Positions 9,528-19,105 of a stretch of DNA of 64,000 bases are shown piece by piece; positions within the stretch are counted from its first letter, which is position 1; each line of letters starts with the position of its first letter. Origin of the DNA: a virus (Duplodnaviria; Caudoviricetes). The notes beneath the pieces are model-generated. The model saw nothing but the letters and a program-made list of their open reading frames with translations. It did no database searches and was not told the DNA's origin. Both the position numbers and the translations under genes were made by a program. The stretch lies in the IMG/VR virus record IMGVR_UViG_3300044645_001661, one strand, 5' to 3'.

Positions 9528-9917
9528 ATGCTTTTTGATGAACTGAATGAAAATAATTTTTTATTATTTGCTATTAAGCATTATGAAAATCCTCATGCGG
9601 TAACTAAAGAGGATTTTGATAAAGATTTGAATCATTTTAAATATATAAAAAGATTGCTTAAAAGATATAAAAATACGGGACAATTAAAGTCCCATCTTTT
9701 AATCAATCACTTTATAATTTTATATAATATATTTGGTGATGCCACTACACCAATGTTATTTTATAAAATTGAAAAAGAATTGTGGTCAGTGATGAAAACA
9801 TTTATTTTGTTTTTAAATAGGTTACCAGAGTATCCAAAATGTTATATACATGATATTCCAGTTGATATAACTTGCTTAGGGGAACTTCAAAAAATTTACC
9901 GAAATGAAAAGTGTTGA
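9528..9917 (+). CDS. Conserved T4-like phage hypothetical protein
   Basis: FLLFAIKHYENP...HFKYIKRLLKRY...LLINHFIILYNIFG pattern. Confidence 0.75.
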   Translation: MLFDELNENNFLLFAIKHYENPHAVTKEDFDKDLNHFKYIKRLLKRYKNTGQLKSHLLINHFIILYNIFGDATTPMLFYKIEKELWSVMKTFILFLNRLPEYPKCYIHDIPVDITCLGELQKIYRNEKC

Positions 9918-10116
9918 TAAAGTAATTCAAATACTTAGAGAAATGATGGTTGCTAATGCACCAGGAAGTGGTAGTGGATTTAGCACTAAATCACCAGTAG
10001 AAGGACCAGTTGCTGGTAAAGATAAATTGATTGGAACTGGAGTAAGAAAAAGATATATCTATGGCGGGCAAAAATCCCGTAAAAATTGGATTGATCATTT
10101 TAACAAAAAATCATAG
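9904..10116 (+). CDS. Hypothetical protein
   Basis: 70-aa ORF overlapping the previous stop region. Confidence 0.6.
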   Translation: MKSVDKVIQILREMMVANAPGSGSGFSTKSPVEGPVAGKDKLIGTGVRKRYIYGGQKSRKNWIDHFNKKS

Positions 10117-10153
10117 GATTTTAAAAATGTTTAACCAAATAGGAGTACCTAAA

Positions 10154-10588
10154 ATGTCAGACACAAAATTGGCAGTTTTAGAAGAAAAGTTAAACATTTA
10201 TGAAGAACTTTCTAGAGAGATGCTCTCTAAATTAGAATCTGCAGTAAATAAAATTTCAGAGTCTAATCAAAGAATCGCAAATATTCTCGCTAAACATGAT
10301 GAAAGAATTGATCAGTCTATTAAAACTGATCAGGTGATTATAAAAATGATCGAAGATGTTAAAGCATCAAATACTGTTGAACATCAATCAGTTATTAAAA
10401 GAATAGAAACAGTAGAAGAAACTGTAAGAGAATTATCTCAAACTAAATGGATGTTGGTTGGAATGGGTATATTATCTGGTGTAGTCGCAACGATAATATC
10501 AACTATTTTATCTGGATGGATGAGTGCCCAGGATTATAGTCCAAGAGTTCAAGAGAATGTTATTATTGAACAACCACAAAATAAATAA
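10154..10588 (+). CDS. Coiled-coil protein with C-terminal transmembrane segment
   Basis: AGGAG SD at 10141 supports this start; heptad-like region followed by KWMLVGMGILSGVVATII. Confidence 0.65.
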   Translation: MSDTKLAVLEEKLNIYEELSREMLSKLESAVNKISESNQRIANILAKHDERIDQSIKTDQVIIKMIEDVKASNTVEHQSVIKRIETVEETVRELSQTKWMLVGMGILSGVVATIISTILSGWMSAQDYSPRVQENVIIEQPQNK

Positions 10589-10780
10589 ATTAGAATTTGG
10601 CATAATTTGCCACATGAAAAAAAATAAACATAAAAAACTGAGTAGTATATATTTTATTCAGAAGATTACAAATTCTGTTGTTAAATGGACTTCTTTAATA
10701 ACGTCTCAAATTAAAGATTCCAAATCTGTTGACAACAGGATTAATCAATGATACCATAGGTCATCTGGTAAAATATTAGT

Positions 10781-11770
10781 ATGGACTTTATTGACGTAAA
10801 GTATGTGAATTTATTATCTTCTAGACTAGATAAATTTAAGGTAGTTAAATCTAATCTTTATAATTTTAGGTGTCCTATTTGTGGAGATTCTCAAAAAAAT
10901 AAAAATAAAACAAGAGGGTATCTATATTCAGTAAAAAATAATACTAATTTTAAATGTCATAATTGTGGAATTAGTTTATCGTTTAATAATTTTTTGAAAA
11001 CAATAGATTCGAATCTACATAAACAATATACCTTAGAAAAATTTAAAGAAGGATTCACTGGTAAAAATTTTACAGTAGAAAGTCCAGAATTTGAGTTTAA
11101 ACAACCTTCCTTTAATAAAACAAAAAAACTAGAACTAAATATACCAAAGGCTTCTATAAATTCTTCTGCCAAAATTTATTTGGAGAGGAGAAAAATAAAT
11201 CCAGAAAAATTTTACTACGTAGATAAATTTAAGGAATGGACTAATTCTTTAGTTCAAACATTTAACAAAAATAGTTTGAATTACGATGAACCAAGAATTA
11301 TAATTCCTTTAATTTATCAAAATAAATTAATTGGATTTCAGGGAAGGGCATTAAATTCTTTGAATAAAATTAAATATATCACTATAATGTTAGATGATGA
11401 TGCACCAAAAATTTATGGTCTCGATGAAGTACAAAAAGATAAACCTGTATACATTACAGAAGGTCCATTCGACTCAACTTTCATTCCAAACTCGATTGCT
11501 CTTTGTGGAGCTGATGGTGATGTTAGCAAGTGGGGTATTAGCAATCGCGTGTGGATTTATGATAACGAACCACGTAACACAGACATCGTTAATAGAATCG
11601 AAAAATGCATCAATAATGGAGAAAAAGTAGTTATTTGGCCAAATACCATACGAGATAAAGATATAAATGATATGGTTTTATCTGGACATAACGTTGAAAA
11701 GATGATAAACTTAAATACTTATTGTGGATTAGAAGCAAAACTTAAATTTACAACCTGGAAAAAAATATGA
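10781..11770 (+). CDS. gp61: DNA primase (T4 gp61-like)
   Basis: Zn finger RCPICGDS...CHNC, PRIIIP, FQGR, TOPRIM YITEGPFDS, KDINDM. Confidence 0.95.
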   Translation: MDFIDVKYVNLLSSRLDKFKVVKSNLYNFRCPICGDSQKNKNKTRGYLYSVKNNTNFKCHNCGISLSFNNFLKTIDSNLHKQYTLEKFKEGFTGKNFTVESPEFEFKQPSFNKTKKLELNIPKASINSSAKIYLERRKINPEKFYYVDKFKEWTNSLVQTFNKNSLNYDEPRIIIPLIYQNKLIGFQGRALNSLNKIKYITIMLDDDAPKIYGLDEVQKDKPVYITEGPFDSTFIPNSIALCGADGDVSKWGISNRVWIYDNEPRNTDIVNRIEKCINNGEKVVIWPNTIRDKDINDMVLSGHNVEKMINLNTYCGLEAKLKFTTWKKI

Positions 11771-14067
11771 GTAATGGATTAAAGGTTAAAAAAAGAAGTG
11801 GATTGATTGAAAGTATTGATCTTGATAAGATGCATGTTATGGTTGAAGAAGCATGTAGAGATCTTGCTGGAGTATCCGCATCACAAGTTGAAATGCAATC
11901 AGGTATTCAATTTTATGATGGAATAACAACTTCCGAGATTCAAGAAATTTTAATTAGAAGTGCTAGTGATCTAATAGATTTGGATCATCCAAACTATCAG
12001 TTTGTCGCTGCTCGTTTATTGCTTTTTTCTGTCAGGAAGCAACTTTATGGTAAAATGAAAGAACTTCCACATCTTGAAGAGCACATTTCTAATTGTGTAA
12101 AACTTGGTGTTTATGATGAAGAAATCTTTAACAAATATTCTAAAGAAGAACTTGATAAAGCTGATTCATATATTGATCATAATCGTGACTATTTGTTCAC
12201 TTATGCTGGTCTACGTCAAGTAGTAGATAAGTATCTTGTGCAAGATAGAAGTGGTGGTGGTGTTTATGAAACTCCACAATTCATGTATATGATGATTTCC
12301 CTGACTATTTTTTCAGAATACTCGAAAGAAACCCGTCTCTCTTATGTAAAGAGGTATTATGACGCAATTTCAAGGCACAAAATCAACATCCCTACCCCCA
12401 TTATGGCGGGCGTTAGGACGCCACTTAGACAATTTGCAAGTTGTGTTCTTGTTGATGTTGATGACACCCTCGATAGCATCGGTAGCAGTGATTTGGCTAT
12501 TATGCGTTATGTTGCACAAAGGGCAGGAATCGGCATTAATGCAGGCAGAATCCGTGGCATCAACAGTAAAATCAGAGGGGGAGAAGTTGCTCATACAGGT
12601 GTTATCCCATTCCTCAAAAAGTTTGAATCAACTGTCCGATGCTGTACACAAAACGGGATTCGCGGTGGAAGTGCTACTGTCCACTTTCCAATCTGGCACC
12701 AAGAAATAGAAGATATTCTAGTATTAAAAAATAATAAAGGAACTGAAGATAATCGTGTCCGTAAGTTAGACTACTCTATCCAAATCTCTAAACTGTTCTA
12801 TGAACGCTTTATCCAAGATGGAGAAATCACACTCTTCTCACCACACGACGTTCCTGGTCTGTATAATGCTTTTGGGACTGATCGATTTGACGATCTGTAT
12901 GTGGATTATGAACGAAATAACTCTGTTCCAAGAAAAACTATCAGAGCTCAAGAACTCATTCTGGATCTTCTAAAAGAGAGGGCAGAGACTGGTCGTATTT
13001 ACATTATGAATATTGACCATTGCAATTCACACTCATCGTTCCTTGATAAGGTAAATATGAGTAATCTTTGTCAAGAAATTACTCTACCTACAGATCCTAT
13101 TCAACACATTGATGGTGCAGGTGAGATTGCACTTTGTATTCTTTCTGCCATTAATGTTGGTAAAGTGAAGTCTGATGAAGAACTTGAAGAACTTTGTGAT
13201 CTTTCTGTTCGTGGATTAGATGAATTGATTGATTATCAGAAGTATCCTGTAATCGCTGCAGAGGTCGCTACAAAGGCACGTAGGTCTCTTGGAATAGGTT
13301 ATATTGGTCTTGCTCATTATCTTGCAAAACTTGGATATAATTATTCTTCACAAGAAGCATGGGATGCAGTTCATGGATTATCAGAGTCGTTCCAATATTA
13401 TCTCTTAAAGGCATCTAATCGTCTTGCTAAAGAAAAGGGTTCTTGTGAATATTTCAATAGAACAAAGTATTCACAAGGAATTCTTCCTATTGATACTTAT
13501 AAAAAAGATGTAGACGAAATTTCTTCTATTCCATTAGAACATGATTGGGAAACTCTTAGAGCATCTATCCTGGAACACGGTCTCAGGCACTCAACACTGT
13601 CTGCACAGATGCCATCGGAGAGCAGTTCCGTTGTGTCAAACGCAACTAATGGAATCGAACCTCCTCGTGGATACCTGTCCATTAAGAAGTCGAAGAAAGG
13701 TCCACTTAAGCAAATTGTTCCTCAATATCAAACTCTCAAGAACAACTATACGCTTCTGTGGGATATGCCTGACAACAATGGTTATATTAATATTGTTGCG
13801 GTGATGCAAAAGTTCTTCGATCAGGCAATCAGTGGTAATTGGTCTTATAATCCAGAAAACTATCCAGACAATGAAGTTCCTGTATCTGTGATGGCAAATG
13901 ATTTCCTTAAGACCTACAAGTACGGTTGGAAGACGAGTTACTATCAAAATACCTATGATATTAAGACTGATGAAATTGAAGATACAACATCTAATTCTAA
14001 ATTAAATGATTTACTTAATGATATTTTAAGTAGTGATGAGGAAGATTGTGAAAGTTGTAAAATCTAA
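11767..14067 (+). CDS. nrdA: Ribonucleotide reductase class Ia alpha subunit
   Basis: ATP cone, PTPIMAG, ASCVL, SNLCQEI, LCILSA, C-terminal CESC; uninterrupted. Confidence 0.98.
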   Translation: MSNGLKVKKRSGLIESIDLDKMHVMVEEACRDLAGVSASQVEMQSGIQFYDGITTSEIQEILIRSASDLIDLDHPNYQFVAARLLLFSVRKQLYGKMKELPHLEEHISNCVKLGVYDEEIFNKYSKEELDKADSYIDHNRDYLFTYAGLRQVVDKYLVQDRSGGGVYETPQFMYMMISLTIFSEYSKETRLSYVKRYYDAISRHKINIPTPIMAGVRTPLRQFASCVLVDVDDTLDSIGSSDLAIMRYVAQRAGIGINAGRIRGINSKIRGGEVAHTGVIPFLKKFESTVRCCTQNGIRGGSATVHFPIWHQEIEDILVLKNNKGTEDNRVRKLDYSIQISKLFYERFIQDGEITLFSPHDVPGLYNAFGTDRFDDLYVDYERNNSVPRKTIRAQELILDLLKERAETGRIYIMNIDHCNSHSSFLDKVNMSNLCQEITLPTDPIQHIDGAGEIALCILSAINVGKVKSDEELEELCDLSVRGLDELIDYQKYPVIAAEVATKARRSLGIGYIGLAHYLAKLGYNYSSQEAWDAVHGLSESFQYYLLKASNRLAKEKGSCEYFNRTKYSQGILPIDTYKKDVDEISSIPLEHDWETLRASILEHGLRHSTLSAQMPSESSSVVSNATNGIEPPRGYLSIKKSKKGPLKQIVPQYQTLKNNYTLLWDMPDNNGYINIVAVMQKFFDQAISGNWSYNPENYPDNEVPVSVMANDFLKTYKYGWKTSYYQNTYDIKTDEIEDTTSNSKLNDLLNDILSSDEEDCESCKI

Positions 14068-14143
14068 TTTTCATAACATTCTTAAAATGTAAATATTATT
14101 GGTGATGGTTAGTACATTATTAGCAAAAACGGAGAAACAAAAA

Positions 14144-15322
14144 ATGCAATTTAAATTCCTGGATACCGAAAATCAAACAAAGATCAAGGGAATGACAGTT
14201 TTTAATACTGATCAAGTTAATACTAAAAAACAACCAATGTTTTTTGGAAAACCACTAGGAATTCAAAGATACGACACATACAAATATCCAATTTTTGATA
14301 AACTAACCACCCAACAACTAGGTTATTTTTGGAGACCTGAAGAGGTTTCTCTTCAGAAAGATCGTGGTGATTATCAAACGCTTCGCCCAGAACAAAAGCA
14401 CATTTATACTTCTAATTTGAAGTATCAAATTATGTTAGATTCTGTTCAAGGTCGTGGACCAGGTATGGCATTTATTCCTTATTGTTCTCTTCCAGAACTT
14501 GAGGCATGTATGGAGGTGTGGGGATTTATGGAGATGATCCATAGTCGCTCATATACTTATATTATTAAAAATGTTTATTCCGATCCATCTGAAGTATTTG
14601 ATTCAATTATAACGGATGACCGTATTTTAGAACGTGCTGCTAGTGTTACTGAATCGTATGATAATTTTATTCAATCTGCACAATTTTATGGGTCATCTGA
14701 AACTTGGAAACATCATCTTGAAGGAGTAAATTACGCAAAAGAGACCGTCAATGATGTCAAACGAAAACTTTACAGAGCAATCGCAAACGTTAATATTCTT
14801 GAAGGTATTCGGTTCTACGTTAGTTTTGCTTGTTCTTTCGCCTTTGGTGAACTTAAGCTTATGGAAGGATCAGCTAAAATTATCTCTCTTATCGCAAGAG
14901 ACGAAAACCAACATTTAGCAATTACACAAAATATTTTAAATAAATGGCGTGATGGTGATGATCCAGAAATGAAGCAGATTGCAAAAGAAGAAGAAGAATG
15001 GGTCTATAAAATGTTTGATCGTGCTGTAAATGAAGAGAAGCGTTGGGCAGATTATCTGTTCAAAGATGGTAGTATGATTGGACTCAATGATAAACTTCTA
15101 CAGCAATATGTTGAATGGATTGCGAATCGTCGTATGAAATCAATTGGTTTGAAACCAGTTTATGATATATCTGCAAATAATAATCCACTTCCTTGGACAC
15201 AACATTGGATTTCTTCTAAAGGGTTACAAGTTGCTCCTCAGGAAACTGAAGTCGAATCTTATGTAGTTGGTGGAATTAAACAAGATCTTAAAAAAGATAC
15301 CTTTAGTGGATTTAAGCTATAA
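14144..15322 (+). CDS. nrdB: Ribonucleotide reductase class Ia beta subunit
   Basis: FWRPEEV, LDSVQG, EMIHSRSY, EGIRFYVSF, DENQH, PQETEVESY; start set by the GGAG SD. Confidence 0.97.
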   Translation: MQFKFLDTENQTKIKGMTVFNTDQVNTKKQPMFFGKPLGIQRYDTYKYPIFDKLTTQQLGYFWRPEEVSLQKDRGDYQTLRPEQKHIYTSNLKYQIMLDSVQGRGPGMAFIPYCSLPELEACMEVWGFMEMIHSRSYTYIIKNVYSDPSEVFDSIITDDRILERAASVTESYDNFIQSAQFYGSSETWKHHLEGVNYAKETVNDVKRKLYRAIANVNILEGIRFYVSFACSFAFGELKLMEGSAKIISLIARDENQHLAITQNILNKWRDGDDPEMKQIAKEEEEWVYKMFDRAVNEEKRWADYLFKDGSMIGLNDKLLQQYVEWIANRRMKSIGLKPVYDISANNNPLPWTQHWISSKGLQVAPQETEVESYVVGGIKQDLKKDTFSGFKL

Positions 15323-15332
15323 TTTTATAATC

Positions 15333-15357
15333 GGGGAGGGTAACCTCCCCTTTTTTT
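15333..15357 (+). terminator. Rho-independent terminator
   Basis: GGGGAGG-GTAA-CCTCCCC plus T7. Confidence 0.85.
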
Positions 15358-15387
15358 ATAAATATAATTAAACACAAAAATAGAAAA

Positions 15388-16341
15388 ATGAGCGTTTTTA
15401 AACTTACCGAGGCATATAATGCCATTTATGATGAAGATTTGAGATCTGAAGTTGAAGATATGAATGAGGAGTTTGTTGGTGTAGAAGAACTCTCAGAAGA
15501 AGAACTAGATGCTATTGTTGAAGATGCAATTTATGATATTTTAAATGAAGGATTTGATGTAGAAGAACTTGATGTTATCTTTGAAGAAGTCATTCTGGAA
15601 GCAAAAGTCACCATGGGTCGTGGTGGTGAAGCAGGCGGAAGTGACAAAGTAACTTCTGGATCTGGTAGTAGAATGGCTGCCGCATCTAGATTGTCTGCTG
15701 CTAAAACCAAAAAAAGAGAAGAGCGAATTGCTAAAGTAAAAGGTGCAATTAAAAAGGGTGTAGAAAAAGTTAAGTCTGCTCCTGGTGAAGCAAAGAAAGC
15801 AGCAGAAAAGAAAATCAAAGATGTCAAGCAACAATCGCACGTAGCTGCTGCTAAGTATGCAAATAAGCGTAATTTAGTTAAAGGTGCTGGTCTGAAAACT
15901 CAATCTAGTAAGGGTAGAGGTGAACTTCGTTCAGCAGTTGCCAAAGATATTAAATCAAGAGTTGGTGCTAAAATTAAAGCGGCAGCAGGTAAAATAAAGC
16001 AGAAAGCAGCATCTGCAGCAGTCTCTGGATATGCTGCAGCTCGTTCTGCTAAGCAAGCAGCATCTGATGTAAAAAACAAGGCAGTACAATCTGCTAAGAA
16101 TAAGGCAGCAGTTGCTAAGAGAGGTGCTAAGAGTGCAGTAGGTAAGGCAGCAAGGGCAGTTGCTAGTGGTGCTGGTAAGGTTGCTTCAAAACTGGGTGAA
16201 GAAATTCAAAGAGATGATTTATTTGATGCAGTTCTTGAGCATCTTGTTGCTGACGGTTATGCGGATACTAATGAAGCAGCACTCATTATTATGGCAAATA
16301 TGTCTGAGGAATGGAGACAAGATATTTTAGAAAATCTTTGA
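15388..16341 (+). CDS. Cyanophage hypothetical protein; acidic termini flanking a Lys/Ala-rich core
   Basis: C-terminal LFDAVLEHLVADGYADTNEAALIIMANMSEEWRQDILE domain; late promoter at 15357. Confidence 0.7.
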   Translation: MSVFKLTEAYNAIYDEDLRSEVEDMNEEFVGVEELSEEELDAIVEDAIYDILNEGFDVEELDVIFEEVILEAKVTMGRGGEAGGSDKVTSGSGSRMAAASRLSAAKTKKREERIAKVKGAIKKGVEKVKSAPGEAKKAAEKKIKDVKQQSHVAAAKYANKRNLVKGAGLKTQSSKGRGELRSAVAKDIKSRVGAKIKAAAGKIKQKAASAAVSGYAAARSAKQAASDVKNKAVQSAKNKAAVAKRGAKSAVGKAARAVASGAGKVASKLGEEIQRDDLFDAVLEHLVADGYADTNEAALIIMANMSEEWRQDILENL

Positions 16342-16361
16342 TAATATAATCAAATAAACAC

Positions 16362-16390
16362 AAAGAGACCCTAAAAAGGTCTCTTTTTTT
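16362..16390 (+). terminator. Rho-independent terminator
   Basis: AAAGAGACC/GGTCTCTTT stem plus T-run. Confidence 0.75.
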
Positions 16391-16419
16391 ATAATTAGTT
16401 GTAGAATAAGAATTTAAAT

Positions 16420-16575
16420 ATGGTACATTATAACGATATATTTGAACTTAAGGCAAGATTGAATAAACTTAAGCATCAATTAGATAAAGAATATTATTCA
16501 CAACAAGAGAAAGACCTTGCCCATAAATATCTTAACAAAGCAATTGACTATGTGAATGAGTTACAGTTATACTAA
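16420..16575 (+). CDS. Small hypothetical protein (51 aa)
   Basis: MVHYNDIFELKARLNKLK...; fills the gap between terminator and endonuclease. Confidence 0.55.
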   Translation: MVHYNDIFELKARLNKLKHQLDKEYYSQQEKDLAHKYLNKAIDYVNELQLY

Positions 16576-16993
16576 TCCATGGATCTATAATGGCAAAGTT
16601 TTTGAGTCTGATAATATCCAAGATTATTTTGGTTTTGTTTATCATATTCACTGCACTACAACTGGTAGGGACTATATTGGTAGAAAATATTTCTGGAGTT
16701 TCCGCACACCGAAGGGAAAATCTAGAAAAGTTAAATCAGAGTCTGACTGGAAAAACTATTATGGATCATGTCCAGAGCTGAAAGAAGATGTTCAAAAATT
16801 TGGTAAAGAAAATTTTACAAGAAATATTATTTCATTACATAAAACAAAGGGCAAAACTAACTTCGAAGAGACTAGACAACTCTTCACCAATAATGTCCTC
16901 ACGGAATCACTTGACAGCGGGATCCCTAGGTACTACAATTCCAACATCCTCAACAGGTACTTCAGAAAAGATTATTATGGAAAAAACGACTGA
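16556..16993 (+). CDS. GIY-YIG endonuclease (T4 endonuclease II/DenA-like)
   Basis: GFVYHIH...DYIGRK, YYGS, EETRQLF, YYNSNI motifs. Confidence 0.8.
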   Translation: MSYSYTNPWIYNGKVFESDNIQDYFGFVYHIHCTTTGRDYIGRKYFWSFRTPKGKSRKVKSESDWKNYYGSCPELKEDVQKFGKENFTRNIISLHKTKGKTNFEETRQLFTNNVLTESLDSGIPRYYNSNILNRYFRKDYYGKND

Positions 16994-17192
16994 AGATATC
17001 GTCGCAGATATTCGTCAATGGTCAATTGATCGAATTCATCATTTGTGCGAAGATAGTATGGTAGAAAAACTAAAACTCCGTAATTATATGGACGCTGTAT
17101 CTATATCTGAAGAATTTTCAGAATGGATTGATCTGACTGGGGATTCTAATGAACAATTGGATATTATGTATTTGGAATATAAGCAAATCTAA
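16977..17192 (+). CDS. Hypothetical protein
   Basis: Start trimmed to the ATG at 16977 (MEKTTEDIVADIRQWS). Confidence 0.55.
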   Translation: MEKTTEDIVADIRQWSIDRIHHLCEDSMVEKLKLRNYMDAVSISEEFSEWIDLTGDSNEQLDIMYLEYKQI

Positions 17193-17275
17193 TTGTTAGA
17201 AATCTTGACAAATCCTAAATATTAACTTATTATGTTAAGATTCACAACTATGTGAATCTTTTTTACTATGAGACT

Positions 17276-17353
17276 TTGAGTGACATTTAGAGCCGTGGAA
17301 AGTGCCCTTTGAAAAGAGGGTGTACCCCCTTTCTATACGGATGTAGAGTTCAA
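17276..17353 (+). ncRNA. Structured 5' leader (candidate cis-regulatory RNA)
   Basis: Nested stems CCGT/ACGG, GGAAAG/CTTTCT and GCCCTTT-GAAA-AGAGGGT; GC-rich relative to its flanks. Confidence 0.5.
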
Positions 17354-17362
17354 TTAAAATTA

Positions 17363-18019
17363 ATGCAAAATATCTTTACAGTAGCCTTGCCTCTTCTGGC
17401 AACGGTTACAACCAATACGGCAATACTGCCATTCTCTAGTTATAAATTGCAAGGTCCGCCTCCTCCAGTGGAAGCAAGACCTTATTCAATTATTAAAGAG
17501 TTTGAACAAGAGAAGACAGCAATCCGCAAGGTTGCTCCCGAAAAACCAAAAGAGAAAAGACTAATTTGTAAAGGGTGTAACAATTACGAATCCCGTACTC
17601 TGGAATTTCTTCAGAAGAAGGGAATCACTGACAAAAATGCCCTTGCCACCATTATGGGTAATATTAGACAGGAATCAACATTCATTCCTAATATCTGTGA
17701 AGGTGGTTCTAGAACATCATATGAGGGGTGTAGAAGTGGTGGATATGGTTTAATCCAATGGACAGATTCCGCAAGGTATCATGGTCTTGGAAACCATGCT
17801 TATAAAATCGGTGCTAATCCTTCTGCTTTAGAGACACAATTGGATTACATGATTAATGAGTATGATTGGAAGATGATCGAGGGGCAAATGAAAACTCCTG
17901 GTCTTACCATTAACGATTATATGCGTCTTGCCCGTAAGTGGATTCGTTGGGGTCATCATGGTGCCCGAACCGACTTTGCTTACAACTACGCCAGTAAAAT
18001 GGTTTTGACTAAAGTTTAA
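17363..18019 (+). CDS. Phage tail-type lysozyme (Phage_lysozyme2-like) with N-terminal signal-like segment
   Basis: ATIMGNIRQES and GYGLIQWT motifs. Confidence 0.75.
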   Translation: MQNIFTVALPLLATVTTNTAILPFSSYKLQGPPPPVEARPYSIIKEFEQEKTAIRKVAPEKPKEKRLICKGCNNYESRTLEFLQKKGITDKNALATIMGNIRQESTFIPNICEGGSRTSYEGCRSGGYGLIQWTDSARYHGLGNHAYKIGANPSALETQLDYMINEYDWKMIEGQMKTPGLTINDYMRLARKWIRWGHHGARTDFAYNYASKMVLTKV

Positions 18020-18072
18020 GTCTAACTACAACAGAATAAATAAGAGGGAGTGCTGCAGACCTCCCTTTTTTA

Positions 18073-18480
18073 ATGGACATTAAAAAGAAAACAATTAGAT
18101 TTGCAATTATTGGTGTTACCTTGACAACAATTGTATCAATTCTTTCTCAGTGTACAGGTATTGATGAAATACACTGGACTGATTTAATAGATGAGATTCA
18201 AAGAAAATATTTTCCAAATACAGAACTCAATGAATATATTATTAAGGATCCTAAACTTCTTGATAATCGGGTTAAAAGAGATGTAAGTTTGGCAATAGAA
18301 AAAGTTACTCCAGAATATAATCGCATTATTCTTGAAGCAGATCAAAAGTATCAACCAAAGTATTTGGAAAGACCTACAGATGATTCTGTTTGTTATACTG
18401 ATGAATGCAAATCACTTGGTGGGGAAATGAGAATCTGTTCTCCTTGGGTGGATTCCTGCAAAGAAACTTATATAAATTAA
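18073..18480 (+). CDS. Hypothetical protein with N-terminal hydrophobic segment
   Basis: FAIIGVTLTTIVSILSQC (lipobox-like Cys) and a C-terminal Cys cluster. Confidence 0.6.
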   Translation: MDIKKKTIRFAIIGVTLTTIVSILSQCTGIDEIHWTDLIDEIQRKYFPNTELNEYIIKDPKLLDNRVKRDVSLAIEKVTPEYNRIILEADQKYQPKYLERPTDDSVCYTDECKSLGGEMRICSPWVDSCKETYIN

Positions 18481-18500
18481 AGATAGATGTTATTAAAAAT

Positions 18501-18665
18501 ATGGAAGAAATTAAAAAACAATATCCAAATCCATCAGATTTAAACAATTTGTATGGGCACACTGATTTGGAAGGATTTTCAAAATATTTGGGTATAAATT
18601 ATGATACTCTTCTTGAAATAAATAAAAAAAATGCAGAAGTTATTAGAAATTCAAAGACGGCTTGA
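18501..18665 (+). CDS. Small hypothetical protein
   Basis: ATG at 18501 inside ORF-track ORF 18405. Confidence 0.4.
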   Translation: MEEIKKQYPNPSDLNNLYGHTDLEGFSKYLGINYDTLLEINKKNAEVIRNSKTA

Positions 18666-18746
18666 CAGAACAAACATCTTGATGTATTATATACTTTGTT
18701 CAGGGGAGAGATCCACTGGCATTTAGGACTTTCCTACAGTCCTATC

Positions 18747-18828
18747 GGGTAGGTGTCCGAGTGGTTAATGGAGGTGGACTGTAAATCCACTGGCTCTGCC
18801 TACGGGGGTTCAAATCCCTCCCTGCCCA
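18747..18828 (+). tRNA. trnY: tRNA-Tyr(GTA)
   Basis: GGGTAGG/CCTGCCC acceptor; GTGGA-CTGTAAA-TCCAC; variable arm. Confidence 0.95.
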
Positions 18829-18830
18829 CC

Positions 18831-18859
18831 TTGACAATCAAATCCCGATCTGATATGAT
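18831..18859 (+). promoter_or_regulatory. Sigma70-type promoter
   Basis: TTGACA-17 nt-TATGAT; similar promoters at 18662, 20312, 21671, 32031 and 36511. Confidence 0.7.
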
Positions 18860-18934
18860 ATGGGAGTTGAGAGATCAACTGCGGCACTCCCCTTTGGTAG
18901 GTTCAGGAGTGGCGGCGATAGGAACCTACTTTAT

Positions 18935-19008
18935 GTCTCAGTAGCTCAGTGGAACAGAGCAACCGCCTTCTAAGCGGTCGGTCGTTGGTTCGAATCCAAC
19001 CTGAGACG
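18935..19008 (+). tRNA. trnR: tRNA-Arg(TCT)
   Basis: GTCTCAG/CTGAGAC; ACCGC-CTTCTAA-GCGGT. Confidence 0.95.
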
Positions 19009-19033
19009 CTTGGAGATTTATTCTCCAAATTAT

Positions 19034-19105
19034 TCCCCTATAGCTCAACGGCAGAGCAGAGAGCTGTTAACTCTAAGGTTCCTCGTTCGAATCGAGGTGG
19101 GGGAG
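19034..19105 (+). tRNA. trnN: tRNA-Asn(GTT)
   Basis: TCCCCTA/TGGGGGA; anticodon loop CTGTTAA. Confidence 0.93.

Noticed and set aside
12359-13947. Alternative-frame and antisense ORFs within nrdA (likewise within psbA, psbD, gnd and the tail genes)
   Set aside because: They are shadows of biased codon usage in well-identified genes, with no SD or recognisable motifs
18862-18929. HDV-like (theta) ribozyme near tRNAs
   Set aside because: The pseudoknot lacks the P3/L3 and P4 elements and is not directly 3' of a tRNA
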